Of a DNA stretch of 64,000 bases, positions 59,900-64,000 are shown in pieces (the first letter of the stretch is position 1; every line of letters starts with the position of its first letter). The stretch comes from an uncultured Gammaproteobacteria bacterium (GTDB taxonomy: Bacteria > Pseudomonadota > Gammaproteobacteria > UBA9214), in NCBI GenBank assembly GCA_963748215.1, contig CAVVHS010000006.1:320001-384000 (forward strand). The letters are read 5' to 3'. The position numbers were made by a program, and so were the translations under genes. Below the pieces are notes generated by a model that was not told the origin of the DNA, searched no databases, and saw only the letters and a program-made list of their open reading frames with translations.

Positions 59900-61594
59900 A
59901 TGAATGATCTTGATATTGTGGCAGGCGGAAACTTCATACGCCAGACCATTGATGCAGATATCGCCGCCGGAAAAAATGACGGGCGGGTCGTTACGCGGTT
60001 TCCGCCCGAGCCGAACGGTTACCTGCACATCGGGCATGCAAAATCCATTTGCCTGAACTTTGGTATCGCGGAAGACTACAAGGGCAGCTGCAACCTGCGT
60101 TTCGATGACACCAATCCGCACAAGGAAAACGTCGAGTATATCGAGGCGATCAAGGCCGATGTGCGCTGGCTGGGTTTCGAGTGGGACAGCCTGTACTTTG
60201 CGTCAGACTATTTCGAGCATTTGTACGAATTTGCCGTCGGGCTTATCAAGGCGGGCAAGGCCTACGTGTGTGACCTGTCTGCGGAACAGATACGTGAATA
60301 TCGCGGTACGCTGACAGAGCCGGGTCGGCAGAGTCCCTATCGAAACCGCAGTGTGGGTGAAAATCTGGACCTGTTCGGGCGTATGCGTGCGGGCGAGTTC
60401 GAGGATGGCAAGCGCGTCCTGCGCGCGAAAATCGACATGGCATCGCCAAATATCAACATGCGTGATCCCGCCCTGTACCGGATTCGTCACGGCGTGATCC
60501 ATCATCAGACCGGTGCGGAGTGGTGTATTTACCCGATGTATGATTACACCCATCCCATATCGGATGCTCTAGAGGGGATTACACACTCGATCTGTACTCT
60601 GGAGTTTGCCGACCATCGTCCATTGTACAACTGGATACTGGATAACATACCGGCACCCTGTCACCCGCAGCAGATCGAGTTTTCCAGGCTCAATCTCGAG
60701 TATACCGTCATGAGCAAGCGCAAGCTGACCGAACTGGTCGGCGAGGGTTATATGGAAGGCTGGGACGACCCGCGCATGCCGACGATAGCGGGTCTGCGAC
60801 GCCGGGGATACACGCCGGCATCGATCCGTGATTTCTGCGCGCGAATCGGCGTCAGCAAATCGGAGAACACGGTCGAAATGGGCGTGCTGGAGAATTGCAT
60901 TCGCGAAGACCTCAATATGAATGCGCCACGCCGGATGGCCGTTTTACATCCACTGAAGGTGATAATTACCGATTATCATTCGGCTCGAATCGAGCATATC
61001 GAGGTGGCAAATCATCCGCAGAACGACACCATGGGTACCCGCGCGCTTGCCTTCACCAGTGAACTCTATATCGACAGGAGTGATTTCCTGGAAGATCCGC
61101 CGAAGGGCTTCAAACGGCTGATTCCCGGTGGCGAGGTGCGATTGCGTAATGCCTACGTTATCCGCTGCAACGAAATCATCCGGGACACGCACGGGGAGAT
61201 CATTGAATTGCACTGCAGTCACGATCCCGCCACGCTTGGCGCCAACCCGGAAGGTCGCAAGGTGAAAGGAGTGATTCACTGGGTATCGGCCCGTTCAGGC
61301 GTGACGGCGGAGATCCGCCTGTATGACCGCCTGTTCAGTCATCCCGTGCCGGATGCAGCCAGGGAAGGAGGGGACTACAAGGACTGCCTCAATCCGGATT
61401 CGTTGCGGACGCTTACTGGGTGTATTGTTGAGGCGTCGCTCGCGACTGCTGCCTGCGGCGAGAGCTTTCAGTTCGAGCGGGAAGGCTATTTTTGTGTCGA
61501 GTCAAGGCATTCAACAACACATGCACTGGTATTCAACCGGACCGTAACGCTGCGGGATTCCTGGGCGAAAATCGAACGGGCGCAGAATGGCTGA
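59900..61594 (+). CDS. glnS: Glutamine--tRNA ligase
   Basis: '[16 protein letters not shown]', 'MSKRKL', 'FQFEREGYF'. Confidence 0.97.
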   Translation: MNDLDIVAGGNFIRQTIDADIAAGKNDGRVVTRFPPEPNGYLHIGHAKSICLNFGIAEDYKGSCNLRFDDTNPHKENVEYIEAIKADVRWLGFEWDSLYFASDYFEHLYEFAVGLIKAGKAYVCDLSAEQIREYRGTLTEPGRQSPYRNRSVGENLDLFGRMRAGEFEDGKRVLRAKIDMASPNINMRDPALYRIRHGVIHHQTGAEWCIYPMYDYTHPISDALEGITHSICTLEFADHRPLYNWILDNIPAPCHPQQIEFSRLNLEYTVMSKRKLTELVGEGYMEGWDDPRMPTIAGLRRRGYTPASIRDFCARIGVSKSENTVEMGVLENCIREDLNMNAPRRMAVLHPLKVIITDYHSARIEHIEVANHPQNDTMGTRALAFTSELYIDRSDFLEDPPKGFKRLIPGGEVRLRNAYVIRCNEIIRDTHGEIIELHCSHDPATLGANPEGRKVKGVIHWVSARSGVTAEIRLYDRLFSHPVPDAAREGGDYKDCLNPDSLRTLTGCIVEASLATAACGESFQFEREGYFCVESRHSTTHALVFNRTVTLRDSWAKIERAQNG

Positions 61595-61661
61595 CAAGCC
61601 GGATTTTCCCCTACGTCAACTGCTTAGGCTGCTCGTGAGTAACTAAATCTTTTTTGTGATC

Positions 61662-61690
61662 TTGACATGCAAGGGCGTCTAACGTAAATT
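61662..61690 (+). promoter_or_regulatory. Sigma70 promoter of tRNA-Ala/Glu
   Basis: TTGACA-17 nt-TAAATT followed by a GCGCGC discriminator. Confidence 0.75.
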
Positions 61691-61705
61691 GCGCGCTTCG
61701 TTTTC

Positions 61706-61781
<76 letters not shown>

Positions 61782-61823
61782 AAATTGTCCCGGGCGCCCG
61801 TGTTGCCCTGGTCAGCGTCACAG

Positions 61824-61900
61824 GTCCCCATCGTCTAGTCGGCCTAGGACACCGCCCTTTCACGGCGGTAACAGGGGTTCGAATCCCCTTGGGGACGCCA
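61824..61900 (+). tRNA. tRNA-Glu(TTC)
   Basis: GTCCCCATCGTCTAG...CTTTCAC...GGTTCGAATCC...GGGGACGCCA. Confidence 0.95.
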
Positions 61901-62365
61901 TAAACCAAAAGGCCCGCTATTGCGGGTCTTTTGGTTTATCACCTCGGGAGGGGATGAGAACCCCGGGTTCGAGCCGAGCCACGCCAGGCGTGGCGAGACA
62001 ACAACGCCGCAGGCGTTGGCCCCGCAGGGGTGAGGCGCGCAGCGACGAATAATCCCCTTGGGGACGCCATAAACCAAAAGGCCCGCTATTGCGGGTCTTT
62101 TGGTTTATCACCTCGGGAGGGGATGAGAACCCCGGGTTCGAGCCGAGCCACGCCAGGCGTGGCGAGACAACAACGCCGCAGGCGTTGGCCCCGCAGGGGT
62201 GAGGCGCGCAGCGACGAATAATCCCCTTGGGGACGCCATAAACCAAAAGGCCCGCTCTTGCGGGTCTTTTGTTTATCACCTCGCGAGGGGATGAGAACCC
62301 CGGGTTCGAGCCGAGCCATGCCAGGTGTGACAGGACAGCAACGCTTCAGGCGTGGCCCGGCAGGG
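61882..62365 (+). repeat. tRNA-linked tandem repeat, 169-bp unit, two full copies plus one degenerate copy
   Basis: Units start at 61882, 62051 and 62220 with the last 19 nt of tRNA-Glu (AATCCCCTTGGGGACGCCA), followed by a terminator-like hairpin. Confidence 0.92.
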
Positions 62366-62385
62366 ATGAACTCTGGCTCGAAACA

Positions 62386-63675
62386 CTACTTCTGCCTGAA
62401 TATCCAGACGTCCTTGATGCCGAGCTCCTGCTTGACGGTTCCGGCATGCTTCTTGGCGGCGGCGTAACTTTCAAAACCGGCTATCTGCAGTCGCCAGTAT
62501 TGCCTGCCATTCACCGTCGCGCTGTTCAGTTCGGCATTCTGTTTTGCGGCGCCGCTGTTTCTGCTGAAACGTTCAACGTAGGCCTTGTCAGGAGAGGAAA
62601 GCAGATTGATGACCCATGGGCCAGTGCTCGACGCAGGTTTGTCTGCCGTCATCAAAGCTTGAGAAGCTTCGGGGGCAGCTTTGCTTCCCGTGTCTTCGCG
62701 GACGGGCGTCGGCGGAGCAGTCCTGGTGATCGCGGCAACCGCATCTCCGGCAACCGGGGGTTTCGATGGCCTGGTTGCCGGTTGTGTGACCGTGCCTGCC
62801 ATACCGGGACTGCTGCGCCCCGGCAGGTCAGGCTGGGCAGGTTCCTGATCGATGGCGTCGTCAGCAGCGGCTGTTGCAGGTCTGCTGGCCGCTGCAGGTA
62901 TTTCCGGCTCCCTGGCAGGGCTGTCTGGTTTCCGCGCCTCTCGCGCTGGTGTGCTCGCGGAAGGCGGGATAACCTGGCCCAGTCTGCTAGCGAGATTGGC
63001 GAATGCCTCGTTCAGCGCAGTCATCCGGGCGTTGAGCGACGCATACCTGCCTTCCTGCAAGCTGGCGCTGAATACACGACTCTGTATGTCAGCGAGTTCT
63101 GTCGATTGCCGCTTGCTTAGCGTTTCGAGGGTACTGATGCGGCTGTCGATACTGGCGGTATAGACATAACCCCCGGTAATCACGCAGACGGCAAATACCG
63201 TGGCAAGAATAACTGAATAGAATGGCCGGTTATTCTGTTTCTGTGCGTGCTTTGTTGCCTGCCCGGAGAGCTTTTCATTAATGAGATTTGCGGTTGCCCT
63301 GCTGCTTGTGCCTCTCCTGTCCAGGCGGCCAAGCGAGGCTTCGAGTTTATGCTGTTCGCTGACCCGATAGGATTCAATCAGGTCCACCAGTACGGGGTCG
63401 GGCTTGTGAAATTCAACGTCGATGCTGTCCGCTTCGACATGTCGAACCCAGGAAGGGATGGCAATTTTCCTTGTCTTGCCCTCATGCTTTATGGTCAGGT
63501 GAACATCGACGCTGTCGCCGTCCTTGAAGGTCAGCAGGCGTCCATCGGCATCACATTGCAGCTGCATGCCGTTCTGGCTGACATTCATGACGCGGCAGCC
63601 TTTTGGAACGGTTTTTTCGCCGATAAGGAGGGCGTTGATATTGACCGGCGTTCGCGCTTGACTTCTACGTTCCAT
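62386..63675 (-). CDS. PilZ-domain / single-TM / SPOR-domain protein
   Basis: N-terminal 'ERRSQAR' and 'NVSQNG' PilZ motifs, one TM helix, Pro/Ala-rich linker, C-terminal 'WVINLLS..YWRLQIAGF' SPOR-like domain. Confidence 0.75.
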   Translation of the reverse strand: MERRSQARTPVNINALLIGEKTVPKGCRVMNVSQNGMQLQCDADGRLLTFKDGDSVDVHLTIKHEGKTRKIAIPSWVRHVEADSIDVEFHKPDPVLVDLIESYRVSEQHKLEASLGRLDRRGTSSRATANLINEKLSGQATKHAQKQNNRPFYSVILATVFAVCVITGGYVYTASIDSRISTLETLSKRQSTELADIQSRVFSASLQEGRYASLNARMTALNEAFANLASRLGQVIPPSASTPAREARKPDSPAREPEIPAAASRPATAAADDAIDQEPAQPDLPGRSSPGMAGTVTQPATRPSKPPVAGDAVAAITRTAPPTPVREDTGSKAAPEASQALMTADKPASSTGPWVINLLSSPDKAYVERFSRNSGAAKQNAELNSATVNGRQYWRLQIAGFESYAAAKKHAGTVKQELGIKDVWIFRQK

Positions 63676-63854
63676 AGCTCTGCTTGATAAGCTCCGCAAG
63701 CTGGCAGCTGATCCGTTGATTCGTTCTGGGTTGCCCGGCGTGTGTCGGGTTGACGTGAACTATACGATCATTAATGCAGAACGTCCATGCCTGTGTCAGG
63801 CAGGATTCTCCCGTGGTCGCCGACCGACCGGTGCCCGATGGAATATGTCGATAC

Positions 63855-64000
63855 TCAGTCTCTTCGGAGCTTGGCGTTGACGGTGATCGGGGTGGGGTAA
63901 TTGAGCATGATCAGGTACGAGGAGGCTACAAAGGTGAGCAGTGTGGTCGCCTGGATGAGGTACGAGGCCCGGGAACTGATCGCGCCGGCATTCAGGGCCA
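63855..64000 (-). CDS. C-terminus of a membrane protein, probably a CPA2 cation:proton antiporter (partial)
   Basis: Manual translation: ...ALNAGAISSRASYLIQATTLLTFVASSYLIMLNYPTPITVNAKLRRD*. Confidence 0.45.
   Translation of the reverse strand, partial: ALNAGAISSRASYLIQATTLLTFVASSYLIMLNYPTPITVNAKLRRD

Noticed and set aside
61882-62365. Tandem repeats as a CRISPR array serving the orphan Cas6
   Set aside because: The units are 169 bp and repeated in full with no unique spacers, and they begin with a tRNA 3' end. This is not CRISPR architecture.

Overview
A 64-kb GC-rich chromosomal segment from what appears to be a sulfur-oxidising, denitrifying gammaproteobacterium (inferred from gene content). 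It contains five blocks. (1) The 5' part of a CuA-type heme-copper oxidase operon, probably eNOR-like, next to a complete cd1 nitrite reductase cluster (nirI/nosR-like, nirS, nirE, C, F, D/L, G, H, J, N), with three FNR/DNR boxes. (2) CHAD, methyltransferase, CYTH and nucleotide-sugar genes. (3) A reverse-type dsrABEFHCMKLJOPNR operon followed by a NarX/NarL-like two-component pair and a rhodanese. (4) A dsr accessory island divergent from dsrA, with a TauD-like oxygenase, a small protein, an orphan Cas6 (Cmx6-like, no CRISPR array or other cas gene in the window), a Cys-less DsrC paralogue, three more 2OG-Fe(II) oxygenases, an Alvin_2107-like protein, a TrpD2/YbiB-like protein, a Sel1 protein, dsrS, grxC and cysG. 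(5) Housekeeping genes: uvrY..uvrC-pgsA-tRNA Gly/Cys/Leu, a LexA-box-controlled Y-family polymerase plus mini-SRAP cassette, an RpfC-like kinase, gltX-glnS, and tRNA Ala/Glu followed by 169-bp tRNA-linked tandem repeats. nirS, dsrA/B/E/K/L and dinB carry small frameshifting indels that are most likely sequencing or polishing errors. All assignments come from motif recognition by eye; no database searches were run.
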